A stretch of 64,000 bases of DNA from Candidatus Poribacteria bacterium (GTDB lineage: Bacteria > Poribacteria > WGA-4E > PCPOR2b), in contig OZ244587.1 in assembly GCA_965218095.1 (NCBI GenBank), positions 288,001 through 352,000 on the forward strand, written 5' to 3'. Within the stretch, counting starts at the first letter, position 1; each line of letters starts with the position of its first letter. The notes under the pieces are model-generated. The model ran no database searches. It was not told the DNA's origin and saw nothing but the letters and a program-made list of their open reading frames with translations. This document shows positions 8,282 to 19,026 of the stretch, piece by piece. Both the position numbers and the translations under genes were made by a program.

Positions 8282-9845
8282 CTGGATACTCGCCGGGTTA
8301 TCCGGTGTCCTACTCACCCTTAGCTTTCCGAGTTTCAACCTCTTTCCGCTTGCGTGGATCGGTCTAATTCCCCTGCTGATTGCCCTCAAATCCGCTTCGA
8401 GTTGGAAATCTGCTTTTTGGCACGGCTATGTCACCGGGGTGGTCTTTTTCTTCGGATTGGTTTACTGGATTATCCTGCTTTATCCCTTCGCGAACATCTT
8501 CGTAACAACACTCGGCTGTGTGCTGTTGGTCGGCTATCTCGCAGTTTACATCGGCGTTTTTTCTGCACTGCTATATCAACTTCCGTGGAAATCTGGTCTG
8601 TCTTTCATCTTCATAGTGCCTGCAATCTGGACGGGGTTAGAGTGGGTGCGAAGCTGGATGTTGACCGGCTTTCCGTGGGGGAGTATGGGATATTCTCAAT
8701 GGAACAATCTGCCAGCGATTCAGGTCGCGTCGATCGCCGGTGTGCATGGCGTGAGCTTCGTTGTTGTTCTCTTCAACGCAGCAATTGCTGATTTCATCCG
8801 CACTTATCCCGCTTGGAAACGCCAACAGACTGCAACACCCCTGCGCTTTGTGATGACTGAAAAACGTGGCATTATCATACCGATTGCCATTGTTATTGCT
8901 TCCTTTGTTTATGGTGTGTCTTCCCTGTCTAATCCCGTTGATACAACCACAAATATTAAGATTGCCCTCGTGCCCGGTAATGTACCGCAGCTTGAAAAGT
9001 GGAATCCCAAAAATCTCTCCTCAATCTTCAAGCGGTATGTCAAGCTGATCGAGAAAGCAGACGCTGCCGAGCCAGATCTAATCATCTTGCCTGAAACCGC
9101 TATCCCCGGCGCAATCTTTTCCGGCGGACAAAATCGATACCGTCGAAAGCTAGAACAACTGTTAAAAGATCAGCAAATCTACCTGCTGACGGGTATTCCA
9201 CACCTTACGCCTGACGAGAAAATATACAATAGAGTGTTTCTGCTGTCCCCGGCCGGCAAACAACTCGGAAGCTATTCCAAAATGCACCTTGTCCCTTTCG
9301 GGGAATATGTGCCTGTGCCGTCGTGGTTGAGTCGCTATCTCCCAAACCTGATCCAATTTGCGCCATACGAACCGGGCAAGTCAATAGATCTTTTTCCCGT
9401 CCCGTCCACTGAAAACGCGCAGATGGGTATTGCAATCTGTTTTGAATCCTCATTTCCGGATCTTTTCCGCAAATTTGTCAAAAAAGGGGCAAACGTGATG
9501 GGGATTCTGACAAACGATGCCTGGTACGAGGGAACGACGGCACCAGAGCAGCACCTTGCTATGGCGCCATTCCGTGCCGTCGAGAATCACGTGGCGGTTT
9601 TCCGTTGCGCCAACGGCGGCATATCGTGTATAATTGATGCGCTCGGCAGGACAATCACGACGCCGATTCCACCCAGTGATACTCAGGGTTTTCTCATTGA
9701 GAACCTCCCGTTAAACAGTCGGGGCAAAACGGTTTACACGCGCTATGGTGACTGGTTTCCGATTCTCTGTTTTCTCGTGAGTGTCCTTCTGGTCCTTTAC
9801 TATCATCGGATCTGGTTTATCTCAAAGTTCAAACGCGGTTCGTAA
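8262..9845 (+). CDS. lnt: Apolipoprotein N-acyltransferase
   Basis: TM N-terminus, LTGFPW, PETA, YSKMHLVPFGEY, ICFES, TNDAWY, RAVEN. Start is 8247 or 8262. Confidence 0.95.
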   Translation: MKSCPNSWILAGLSGVLLTLSFPSFNLFPLAWIGLIPLLIALKSASSWKSAFWHGYVTGVVFFFGLVYWIILLYPFANIFVTTLGCVLLVGYLAVYIGVFSALLYQLPWKSGLSFIFIVPAIWTGLEWVRSWMLTGFPWGSMGYSQWNNLPAIQVASIAGVHGVSFVVVLFNAAIADFIRTYPAWKRQQTATPLRFVMTEKRGIIIPIAIVIASFVYGVSSLSNPVDTTTNIKIALVPGNVPQLEKWNPKNLSSIFKRYVKLIEKADAAEPDLIILPETAIPGAIFSGGQNRYRRKLEQLLKDQQIYLLTGIPHLTPDEKIYNRVFLLSPAGKQLGSYSKMHLVPFGEYVPVPSWLSRYLPNLIQFAPYEPGKSIDLFPVPSTENAQMGIAICFESSFPDLFRKFVKKGANVMGILTNDAWYEGTTAPEQHLAMAPFRAVENHVAVFRCANGGISCIIDALGRTITTPIPPSDTQGFLIENLPLNSRGKTVYTRYGDWFPILCFLVSVLLVLYYHRIWFISKFKRGS

Positions 9846-9900
9846 AGGATCAGACCACAAGTCAAGGGACATGTATTACTTTGACTTTGTTACATTTGGG

Positions 9901-10003
9901 CGTAGAGCCTGCTGCTAGCTGGTTCATGAAGTTGACCTTGAAAGGATGGAACAGGCTCCGAAGGATCGGGATTCTCGGAACGGAACTTGGCAGCCCGCTC
10001 TAC
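9901..10003. repeat. REP/MITE-like element with GTAGAGC...GCTCTAC ends (copy 1)
   Basis: Shares CGTAGAGCCTGCTGCTAGCTG.TTCAT and TGGCA.CCCGCTCTACTTC with 45809-45883; the middles differ. Confidence 0.75.
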
Positions 10004-10111
10004 TTCGATTCTAGCTATAATCTAACAAAGTCAAGTTACTTTACTCTTTGGAACACATGATTACGCTTCAAGTAGTTCAAAACTGAAACATATTATACAA
10101 GGAGATTTAAC

Positions 10112-11170
10112 ATGGCAAAAGACGAAAAGGACAAAGCAATAGATCTCGCGATTTCGCAAATAGAACGGCAGCACGGTAAAGGCGCGATCATGCGTTTTAG
10201 CAGTGACGATATCTTGCCAGTTGAAGTGATTCCAACAGGCTCGCTCGCACTCGACATTGCGCTTGGCGTTGGCGGTGTTCCTCGTGGTCGGATCATTGAG
10301 ATCTTCGGTCATGAATCCAGCGGCAAAACCACGCTCGCTTTACATGTCATTGCTGAAGCTCAGAGGATGGGAGGCACAGCGGCGTTTGTCGATGTTGAGC
10401 ATGCGCTTGATCCGATGTACGCCAAACAGATTGGAGTGAACATGGAAAGCTTGCTTATCTCTCAACCCGATACCGGCGAGCAGGCGTTAGAAATTGTTGA
10501 AACCTTAATTCGCAGCGGGGCGATCGACGTTGTTGTAATTGACTCTGTGGCGGCACTGACGCCCCAGGCAGAAATTGAGGGGGAAATGGGCGATGTCCAT
10601 GTGGGGTTATTGCCTCGTTTGATGTCTAAAGCCTTGCGAAAGCTTTCTGGAGTTGCAAGCAAATCGAAGGCATGCATCATTTTCACGAATCAGATTCGCC
10701 AAAAGATTGGCGTTATGTTTGGCAACCCAGAAACGACGCCTGGCGGACTTGCGCTCAAATTTCATGCTTCGGTGCGACTTGAGACTCGACGGGCTGAAAC
10801 CCTCAAGGTTGGGGACGAGATGGTCGGAAACCGTGTCCGTGTCAAGGTTGCCAAGAACAAGGTGGCGCCTCCCTTTACGCAAGCTGAATTTGAAATGACC
10901 TTCGGAGAGGGAATCTCCAAGATTGGAGATCTACTTGACGTGGCAACGAATCAGGAAATCATACAGAAAAGCGGAGCCTGGTTCTCCTATAACAGTGAAC
11001 GTCTCGGACAGGGCAGAAATAACGCGAAAGAATATCTGATCCAGCACCCGGAGGCTGCTGTTGAAATCGAAGCCAAAATCCGCGAGAATCTTGGCATTTA
11101 TGCCCAATCTGCTCCCGCATCGATTCTCGGTGTTGATGACGACGCTTCTGATGAAGGATCGGATGCGTAG
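10112..11170 (+). CDS. recA: Recombinase A
   Basis: [37 protein letters not shown]. Confidence 0.99.
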   Translation: MAKDEKDKAIDLAISQIERQHGKGAIMRFSSDDILPVEVIPTGSLALDIALGVGGVPRGRIIEIFGHESSGKTTLALHVIAEAQRMGGTAAFVDVEHALDPMYAKQIGVNMESLLISQPDTGEQALEIVETLIRSGAIDVVVIDSVAALTPQAEIEGEMGDVHVGLLPRLMSKALRKLSGVASKSKACIIFTNQIRQKIGVMFGNPETTPGGLALKFHASVRLETRRAETLKVGDEMVGNRVRVKVAKNKVAPPFTQAEFEMTFGEGISKIGDLLDVATNQEIIQKSGAWFSYNSERLGQGRNNAKEYLIQHPEAAVEIEAKIRENLGIYAQSAPASILGVDDDASDEGSDA

Positions 11171-11283
11171 ATGAGGGAAGTTAAGAAGATCGGAAATTGG
11201 GAGATCAAAAGATCAGGAATTAATCTCCATGAATTTCCTTTCCTTTTCTCATCTATCCTTCTGTAAAATGAGGAGACCCCTCA

Positions 11284-12135
11284 ATGAAACTCAGTTGCTG
11301 CGCGGGACTTGCGTCCTTCGTTCCTCCAACGGTCGATGCCAGACAGTTAGATACGAGCACAATTTACAGATCCAAACTTGAGAAAGCACCCGCTGTGCTT
11401 AAAACTTTGTTAGATGCTGGATGCGATTTTTTTGAGTTCGGCGTAGGTATGCTATGTCCCGAAGCCCCGATATCGCTCTTCGAGGGATTCAAAGAAGTGG
11501 TAAACAATTACCCACTTCGAGCAGAATGCTTTAATAGTTTCATCCCTGCCGACTTAAAGATTACCGGACCCCGTGTTGACAATGCGCGGCTGACCAACTA
11601 CATCGCCCAAGCGACACAACGCGTGGCCGAACTTGGCGGGGAGGTCATTGTGTTCGGCAGCGGCGGTGCACGTAGCGTGCCAGAAGGGTTTTCACGTCAT
11701 CGAGCGCGTGCGCAGATCCTTGAGTTTTTGGCTATCGGAGCGGAGCATGCGCGGAAACATGGCATCGTAATTGCCATCGAACCCCTGAACCGCTTGGAGA
11801 CAAACCTGATTAATAGCATTGCCGAAGCCGTGCAGTATGCTGATGAAATTGCGCGACCGGAAATCAAGGTGCTTGTCGATTTTTATCACTTGATGGTTGA
11901 AGGGGAGCCTTTTGATCAGATTGTCAACGCTGGAGAGCGGGTTGCTCATGTGCATGTAGCGGATACCGATCGGCTCTATCCGGGCAGCGGCAAATACGAT
12001 TATCAGGGCTTTGTGCGAAGCCTCGCTGATGCTGGATATGACGAGCGGCTTTCTGTTGAGTGCAACTTTAGAGATTTTGATCGGGAAGTGCCTCAATCGA
12101 TCCGTTTTCTGCGGGATGTGTTCGACGCAGGTTGA
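11284..12135 (+). CDS. Sugar phosphate isomerase/epimerase (xylose-isomerase-like TIM barrel)
   Basis: VFGSGGAR, IEPLN, DFYH, HVHVAD, SVEC. Confidence 0.88.
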   Translation: MKLSCCAGLASFVPPTVDARQLDTSTIYRSKLEKAPAVLKTLLDAGCDFFEFGVGMLCPEAPISLFEGFKEVVNNYPLRAECFNSFIPADLKITGPRVDNARLTNYIAQATQRVAELGGEVIVFGSGGARSVPEGFSRHRARAQILEFLAIGAEHARKHGIVIAIEPLNRLETNLINSIAEAVQYADEIARPEIKVLVDFYHLMVEGEPFDQIVNAGERVAHVHVADTDRLYPGSGKYDYQGFVRSLADAGYDERLSVECNFRDFDREVPQSIRFLRDVFDAG

Positions 12136-12339
12136 GATGGCAAAAGGAGCTGCCACGCCCATCTTCCGCACGATCTGAAAGGGTTTGGCCGTACTTCCAT
12201 GATGTGCGTGTGAATTTCTGTTTTGCTCCCGTCCATTTGTCCCGATAGATCGGGATGCAAGCACTTGATTGCTTGATTGCAAATTTGCATAAACGCCTGT
12301 ATATACTGGTAAAAGCCCTGTAATTGTGGGATATTTTAC

Positions 12340-12368
12340 TTGACACGATTATAGTCCAATGCTATAAT
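12340..12368 (+). promoter_or_regulatory. Perfect sigma70 consensus promoter with extended -10
   Basis: TTGACA (12340-12345), 17 bp ending in TGC, TATAAT (12363-12368). Confidence 0.8.
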
Positions 12369-12458
12369 CTAAACTATTCTTGAGCAGTGAAGAGATGCTA
12401 GCCTCGTTGGGCAGTGACCTTCAACTATGACCATTTGGTTGCTACCAGGAATATGGTG

Positions 12459-13747
12459 ATGTCTTTTCCAAGACGAATCATGACAATCTTTATGAGCATT
12501 AGCTGCATTACTCTGGCAGGTTGCTTTCTTAAAGTTCCTGTAAGTGAGCAAGAGGCAGCCGGTCGGCTTTATTTGAAGCCAATGAATTTACAAAACGATG
12601 AGGAGTACAATGAAGCCGCAACCGAGTTTAAGCAGTTCGTCGCGAAGTATCCCAAGAGTGATGATGTTGACAACGCTCAACTTCAGATTGGCAATAGCTA
12701 TCGCAACCAAAATGATTACGAAGCAGCAATTGAGGCGTATCGGCTGGTAGATCGCGATGGTGACGCAGTTGATGAGGCAACATTAGCAATTGGAGATGCT
12801 TATCTAATGTTAGGGCGTCAATCTGATGCGCTTGTGTCTTACCGTGAACTCGCCGACAAATATCCTTATTTCAACAATGATTTTGCCCACGCTGCTCAGG
12901 ATCGGATTGATACCCTCATACAACTTGATACACTCCACAAAGATTTAAAGACCCCTCCTTCAGCACATCAGATAGCAAAGCTTTACTTTAACATCGGTCA
13001 CTACGATACAGCCAGCCGCGAGTTTGAGAAGGTTTATATCGACTATCCTGACAGCGAACTCGCTGACGATGCCTTATGGATGCGAGGTGAATGTTATTGG
13101 CAGAAAGCACGACAAAAGCTAGTACCCTCCTTCCAAACACCTGAGCAGGAAGCCTTTATTCGGGTACAGCGGATCGCTATCCGCAACTTGCTGAACTTGA
13201 TCGATATGAGGTTGACGGCTATCCACACGCACCGGCTGGCAAACGTGGCGATCAATATGAGTTTTTCTACGCTGAAACACGTCGCTTATTGAATCGTTAC
13301 CCTGATTTGAAACGTTGGCGTTTAGAGGGTTTTTTGTCCCCGGATGATACAGCAGCGTTTGAGATATGGTCTGACCTGTTTTATAAATATCCCAATACGA
13401 ACATAAAAGAGGTTGCGCCGCAAAGAATAGCGGAACGTCTGATTCAATTGGGAAATATTTATCGCAATCTTTCAATGGACGACTTTGCAAGCCTTCTTTT
13501 CAAAAAATCACTGGAGGTTTTTCCAAAACCAGAAGCGCACATTGGGCTTACCCGCTATTACGCCGATGTGCATAGCGAAGTTCGCTGGACGTACTACCGC
13601 TCGCGCATTTTTCACCACTTTCAGCGGGCGGCATCAATGGTGACTCCTGGCAGTGAACTTGCCATAGAAATTAATCAGTTCAAGGTCTGGATGCACTATC
13701 GATTGCGAATTGAAGCTTTAGAAGCAAAATCCTATCGGAGGAAATAA
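12459..13747 (+). pseudogene. BamD/YfiO-like TPR lipoprotein split by a frameshift near 13170
   Basis: Lipobox LAGC and YP.S..AD.A TPR turns. The frame of ORF 13289..13747 is open back to about 13172 (DRYPQLAELDRYEVDGYPH...). Confidence 0.7.
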
Positions 13748-13795
13748 AGATAAATAATATCTTTACAAAATCTAGTATCGAGGTAAAGTGACGTT

Positions 13796-15616
13796 ATGGC
13801 AGCCATCAAAGAATCAGCCGGAAAAAAAGATTCGGGAGCTCCCTTTGAAGATATACGAGAGGGATCTGATTTATCCCCACGTTCATCGGAGCGGATCTCT
13901 TACGAAAGACAGATTCGTGAACTCCAGTTTACTATCGAATCTCTGGAAAGTGAAGTCGATAATTTGAGAAGGCAGTTAAACGCTGCCCCTTCCGACGATG
14001 TTGAAATTCGCCTCTATGAGATGACACGTGAGTTAATGCAAGCCCACCGTCGAAATCGGAAGTTGACCAGCACCCTTCAAGAAGCGAAAGAAAAACTGGA
14101 ACACTTGAAGGAAAAAGTTGAGCAGTTAAGTGCTCCTCCCAATAACTACGGCGTCTTTCTCCAATCAAATGATGATGGAACGGTTGATATCGACCTTTCT
14201 GGCAAAAGGTGGCGTGTCAACGTGGATCCGGAGATTAACATTGAGCAACTCCAAAAGGGTCAGGAGGTCATCGTCAATGGCGTAATGAACGTCGTGAGTG
14301 TGAGAGAATTCGAGCGGCAAGGTGACGTGGTTAAGGTCAAGGAGGTGCTTGATGATAACCGGGTGCTTATAAACCTGCGCGTAGATGAAGATCGGGTCGT
14401 GGAAGTCTCTGATCCGCTCAACGAGGAGGAACTTAAGTTTGGGGATAATGTGATGCTCAACCCGATCACCGGAATGATTATGGAGAAACTCCCCAAACTT
14501 GAAGTCGAAGATCTCCTCCTTGAGGAGGTGCCAAACATCAAGTATTCGGATATTGGTGGGTTAAATGATCAGATTGAAGCGATTCGTGATGCCATTGAAA
14601 CGCCCTATCTCTACCCCGATGAATACAAGGAATTTCAGTTAACGCCTCCGAAGGGCATCCTGCTCTATGGTCCGCCAGGCTGTGGAAAGACTTTGGTTGC
14701 CAGGGCGGTCGCCAATAATCTGGCAGCAAGGGTCCGGAAACAAACAGGTAGAGACGATGTGAAGAGTTATTTTATCAATATCAAGGGTCCAGAATTGCTC
14801 AATAAGTATGTCGGCGAAACGGAACGAAAGATTCGAGAGGTTTTCCAGAAAGCCAAGGACAAATCCAAGGAGGGTGTTCCGGTCATTATTTTCTTTGATG
14901 AGATGGACTCCCTTTTCCGATCCAGGGGCATAGGTATCTCGTCCGATATGGAGTCAACGGTGGTGCCGCAATTTCTCTCTGAGATCGATGGCGTTGAAGG
15001 GCTTAGGGATGTGGTTGTGATCGGCGCGAGCAACCGCCAAGATCTCCTGGATCCCGCCGTTTTACGCCCCGGTCGGTTAGACATCAAGATTAAAATTGAT
15101 CGCCCTGCGGAAGAAGGCGCAAAGGATATCTTCGCTATATATCTGACGCCGGACTTGCCAATCGCCCCCTCAGTGTTGAAAAAGTTTGATAACGACCGAG
15201 AAAAAGCGGTTCAAGATTTCATTAATCAGGCGATCGAGGAGATGTATGCAACTACCGATGGGAACAAATTCATCGAAGTGACTTACAACCGTGGGGAACA
15301 TGAGACTCTCTACTTCAAGGATTTTGTGAGCGGTGCAATGATTAAAAACATCGTTGACCGTGCCAAGAAAATGGCAATCAAACGGCTGATTGATTCTGAA
15401 AAGCAAGAGAAGGGAATTATCTTCGATGACCTCGATAAGGCGATCCGAGAAGAATATAAAGAGAATGAGGATCTGCCCAACACAACCAATCCTGACGATT
15501 GGGCGAAAATATCAGGGCGCAAAGGAGAAACAATCGTCAGCATCAAAGCGTTGAAGCACGAGCCAGACCGGAAAAAGAAGGATGTAAGAACCGTCAAAGG
15601 CGGCGCGTACCTTTAA
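13796..15616 (+). CDS. arc: Proteasome AAA+ ATPase ARC/Mpa
   Basis: Coiled coil, OB domains, GPPGCGKT, FFDEMDSLFR, ENEDLPNTTNPDDWAKISG, C-terminal GAYL. Confidence 0.97.
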   Translation: MAAIKESAGKKDSGAPFEDIREGSDLSPRSSERISYERQIRELQFTIESLESEVDNLRRQLNAAPSDDVEIRLYEMTRELMQAHRRNRKLTSTLQEAKEKLEHLKEKVEQLSAPPNNYGVFLQSNDDGTVDIDLSGKRWRVNVDPEINIEQLQKGQEVIVNGVMNVVSVREFERQGDVVKVKEVLDDNRVLINLRVDEDRVVEVSDPLNEEELKFGDNVMLNPITGMIMEKLPKLEVEDLLLEEVPNIKYSDIGGLNDQIEAIRDAIETPYLYPDEYKEFQLTPPKGILLYGPPGCGKTLVARAVANNLAARVRKQTGRDDVKSYFINIKGPELLNKYVGETERKIREVFQKAKDKSKEGVPVIIFFDEMDSLFRSRGIGISSDMESTVVPQFLSEIDGVEGLRDVVVIGASNRQDLLDPAVLRPGRLDIKIKIDRPAEEGAKDIFAIYLTPDLPIAPSVLKKFDNDREKAVQDFINQAIEEMYATTDGNKFIEVTYNRGEHETLYFKDFVSGAMIKNIVDRAKKMAIKRLIDSEKQEKGIIFDDLDKAIREEYKENEDLPNTTNPDDWAKISGRKGETIVSIKALKHEPDRKKKDVRTVKGGAYL

Positions 15617-15629
15617 AATTGAATATGTT

Positions 15630-17120
15630 ATGACCACACCAACGATTATGGGGACCGAAACTGAATATGGAATTTCGGTCAAGAATGCACGAGACCAGGA
15701 CCCCGTCGCGGCCTCGACGCTTGTTGTAAATATTTATAAAGATCGCGGGATAAAGGGAATCACCTGGGACTATGATCAGGAGAGCCCCTTGATGGACGCA
15801 AGGGGGTTCATGTCCAACGGGGAGACTGACATTCCAGATCAGGAGAATAACAGTCTCATCAATGATGTCCTCATCAATGGTGGTCGATACTACGTTGATC
15901 ACGCTCACCCTGAATACTGTACGCCTGAATGCACAAATGCGCGGGATCTCGTCAAATATGAGAAAGCGGGGGAATTGATATTAGATTTGAGCCGCCTGGC
16001 TGCTGAAGAACTGTTACCTGCAAATCAGGAGATTATTATTTATAAGAATAACAGCGATTATAAAGGTCACAGCTACGGTTCCCATGAAAATTACCTGATG
16101 TCTCGAAGCGTCCCCTTCCAGGATATCGTTGATGGCTTAACCCCTTTCCTCGTTGCGCGACAGGTTATCACAGGCAGTGGTAAGATCGGCGCGGAAAACG
16201 GAGCGGAGGAAACAGACTATCAAATCTCTCAGCGTGCTGATTTTTTTGAAACTGAAGTTGGATTAAGCACCATGGTGGCGCGTCCAATAATCAATACACG
16301 GGATGAGCCCCATGCTGATGAAACGCTGTACCGTCGTTTGCACGTCATCGTCGGCGACTCCAACATGTCTGAGTGGTCCATCTATTTGAAGGTGGGCATC
16401 ACGTCGATTGCGCTGCAACTCATTGAACAGAATGTTGTTGGCGATCGGTTCAAACTTTCTGACCCCGTTGCAGCGATCAAATCGGTGTCACGCGATCTCT
16501 CCTGTAAAACACCTTTGGCGTTAGAAGATGGTCGCAAATGGACGCCGATTGAAGTTCAGCGTGCATATCTTGAGTTAGCCCACAAACATATTCCTTCAGC
16601 GGATTTGTCTGAGGTGGTGCGAGACGTGATGGCGAAGTGGGAATTTGTTCTCGACCGTCTCGAAGATGATCCGATGAGCCTGGATCGACATCTGGACTGG
16701 GTGATTAAGAAGAGACTGATTGATGCGTACTTGCGACGCCACGGTTTAAGCCAGTCAGATCGCCAGGTTCGGATGGTAGATCTGCAATATCACGACCTCC
16801 GTCCGAATAAAGGACTTTACGCGAGGTTGCTGAAAAATGGACGTATTGAGCGACTTCTCAACCAAGAGGAGATCATTCATGCGATTACGAATCCGCCCGT
16901 CGATACACGTGCCTATTTTCGTGGCATGTGTTTACAAAAGTTTCCCAACGAAATTCACAGTGCAAGCTGGAATTCAATGATTTTTTGTATGGATGATTCT
17001 TCGATAGATAAAATCTTAATGGATCGCCCGCACTTCGGTACTCGAGAGATTGTTGGCGATTTGTTGAAAGATTGTACGGCTGCAGAACTTGTTCAAGCGA
17101 TTCTTGCATCCAACAACTAG
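15630..17120 (+). CDS. dop: Depupylase/deamidase Dop
   Basis: MGTETEYGI, NGGRYYVDHAHPEY, SQRADFFE, RPIINTRDEPHAD, TRAYFRG. Confidence 0.95.
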   Translation: MTTPTIMGTETEYGISVKNARDQDPVAASTLVVNIYKDRGIKGITWDYDQESPLMDARGFMSNGETDIPDQENNSLINDVLINGGRYYVDHAHPEYCTPECTNARDLVKYEKAGELILDLSRLAAEELLPANQEIIIYKNNSDYKGHSYGSHENYLMSRSVPFQDIVDGLTPFLVARQVITGSGKIGAENGAEETDYQISQRADFFETEVGLSTMVARPIINTRDEPHADETLYRRLHVIVGDSNMSEWSIYLKVGITSIALQLIEQNVVGDRFKLSDPVAAIKSVSRDLSCKTPLALEDGRKWTPIEVQRAYLELAHKHIPSADLSEVVRDVMAKWEFVLDRLEDDPMSLDRHLDWVIKKRLIDAYLRRHGLSQSDRQVRMVDLQYHDLRPNKGLYARLLKNGRIERLLNQEEIIHAITNPPVDTRAYFRGMCLQKFPNEIHSASWNSMIFCMDDSSIDKILMDRPHFGTREIVGDLLKDCTAAELVQAILASNN

Positions 17121-17135
17121 AAGGGGGGTAGAAAT

Positions 17136-17333
17136 ATGCCAGCCGAAAAGCAGCAGGAACAGAGAAACAAACGGACTCAGGATACTGAGGAGATTCAACC
17201 GAGCCAAGAAGTCATAGAGCAGGGCGAGGAGATTAAAGAAGATCTTGACCAGCTTCTCGATGAAATCGACGAAATCCTAGAAGAAGATTCAGAAGAATTT
17301 GTCGAAAATTACATTCAAAGAGGAGGAGAATAG
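17136..17333 (+). CDS. pup: Prokaryotic ubiquitin-like protein Pup
   Basis: Acidic 65 aa ending DLDQLLDEIDEILEEDSEEFVENYIQRGGE; lies between dop and prcB. Confidence 0.95.
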   Translation: MPAEKQQEQRNKRTQDTEEIQPSQEVIEQGEEIKEDLDQLLDEIDEILEEDSEEFVENYIQRGGE

Positions 17334-18196
17334 TGTTCTTTAACCCCTCCGATTATAGGATTTCCGATTTCCTTGACATCCTGAAACGTGAACGCCCGGA
17401 GCTCCTGTCAAGGTTTGGTATAGAGATGTTCCGTGCAACGCCTCTACCAGACGCACTTCCCACAAACTGGACAGGACAGCATGTTTCAAATAGGGGTTCA
17501 ATTAATCAAACCCTTACTCATGATAACCTGCTCGAGGGTACAACAATTTTAGCCGTGGTTTATAAAGATGGGGTTATTATTGCCGGAGACCGTCAGGCCA
17601 CAGTAGGATTTCAAGTGGGGGAACGGCGTATCCAGAAAGTTTATGAGGTGGATACCTATTCAGCTATTGCAATTGCTGGAGTCGCTGGACCATCCATGGA
17701 AATGGCGAAACTTTTTCAGGTTCAGGTTGAGTTTTATGAAAAAATAGAAGGCTCATCTTTAAGCCTGGAAGGCAAAGCCAATTATCTGTCAAGCATGGTG
17801 AAATCCAATTTACCTATGGCATTGCAAGGGTTGGTTGTCATCCCAATCTTTGCGGGGTATGATCCGAGACGGAAACGTGGAAGGATCTTCAAATACGATG
17901 CGGTAGGGGGGCAATATGAAGAGAGCAACTACTATGCCACGGGGTCCGGTGGTAAGGATGCGCAAGCTACGTTGAAAAAGTTGTATAGCTCCGATATGCC
18001 CCGCGATCAAATTTTGAAGATAACTGTCGAGGCGCTCTGGGATGCCGCCGATGAAGACTTGGCCACGGGAGGTCCTGATTTGATTCGGGAGATTTTTCCA
18101 TTGGTTAAGGCCATTGATCAGACGGGGATTTCAGATGTTCCAGATTCAGAAATCAAAGAACGCTACACCGAGCTGTTTGATAGGCTCCGTAATTGA
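17333..18196 (+). CDS. prcB: 20S proteasome beta subunit
   Basis: Propeptide, then G|TTILAV, AGDRQAT, TGSGG, DEDLATGGPD. The GTG start overlaps the pup stop. Confidence 0.96.
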   Translation: MFFNPSDYRISDFLDILKRERPELLSRFGIEMFRATPLPDALPTNWTGQHVSNRGSINQTLTHDNLLEGTTILAVVYKDGVIIAGDRQATVGFQVGERRIQKVYEVDTYSAIAIAGVAGPSMEMAKLFQVQVEFYEKIEGSSLSLEGKANYLSSMVKSNLPMALQGLVVIPIFAGYDPRRKRGRIFKYDAVGGQYEESNYYATGSGGKDAQATLKKLYSSDMPRDQILKITVEALWDAADEDLATGGPDLIREIFPLVKAIDQTGISDVPDSEIKERYTELFDRLRN

Positions 18197-18230
18197 CAAT
18201 TGAACATTGACAATCGACAATTTTCAATTG
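18191..18230. repeat. Degenerate heptamer tandem repeat (ATTGACA-like)
   Basis: AATTGAC AATTGAA CATTGAC AATCGAC AATTTTC AATTG between prcB and prcA. Confidence 0.6.
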
Positions 18231-18315
18231 TAACTGTTCAGACCTAGCTGAAACGAGCGCTGGTTGAATAGGCGAAGCCGTATCGAAACCAGGAAACCAA
18301 TCAAGGGAGGCGTGG

Positions 18316-19026
18316 ATGCCCGCACCATATTACGTTTCGCCAGAGCAAATCATGCAGGAGAAAGAGGATTTTGCTCGGAAGGGGATCGAAAAGGCGAAAG
18401 AGGTTATTGTTCTGGAATACCAGCATGGTATTGTGATGGTCGCGGAAAATCCCCTGGCGACGGTTTTCAAGATTTCAGAAATCTATGATCGCATCGCGAT
18501 CGCAGCTACAGGGCTCTATCCGGACTACGAAGCGTTACGATATGCCGGAATTCAGGCTGCCGAGGTCAAAGGATTTACGTTCAACCGCGAAGATGTCACG
18601 GCGAGATGGCTTGCGAATCAGTATTCACAGCAGATTGGCGCGATTTATCGGCAACCCGATGCAAAACCACTGGAGATCGAACTTCTCCTTTGCGAGCTCC
18701 GAGAGGATTCCTCATCAAATAACAGAATCTATCATCTTTCTTTCGATGGCACGTTTTGGGAAGACAATCAATATGCGGTCATCGGCGGGAGGGCAGATGA
18801 AATTGGGGGCATCCTCGAAGATGAGTATACTGGGGGTTTGGATCTGAATGGTGCTGTGAAACTCTCGGCGAAAACTTTTGAAGCTATCGAAGCGGAAGTA
18901 GACGGAGAAGATCGATACGAAATTACGGCGGATACGATAGAAGCAGCCGTACTTGATGAAACAAGGAATCGGCGCAAGTTCAGGCGTTTGCTTCCTGGCG
19001 AATTGAATGAGATTTTGAGTGCATGA
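18316..19026 (+). CDS. prcA: 20S proteasome alpha subunit
   Basis: PYYVSPEQIMQEKEDFARKGI, KISEIYDRI, REDVTAR. Confidence 0.96.
   Translation: MPAPYYVSPEQIMQEKEDFARKGIEKAKEVIVLEYQHGIVMVAENPLATVFKISEIYDRIAIAATGLYPDYEALRYAGIQAAEVKGFTFNREDVTARWLANQYSQQIGAIYRQPDAKPLEIELLLCELREDSSSNNRIYHLSFDGTFWEDNQYAVIGGRADEIGGILEDEYTGGLDLNGAVKLSAKTFEAIEAEVDGEDRYEITADTIEAAVLDETRNRRKFRRLLPGELNEILSA

Noticed and set aside
9858-10060. LexA/SOS box upstream of recA
   Set aside because: An AAGTCAA/TTGACTT inverted pair is present but matches no LexA box I can confirm and is not seen elsewhere in the window.
17136-17333. UBact rather than Pup
   Set aside because: The LDEIDEILEE..EEFV..Y.Q.GGE signature is Pup-type.
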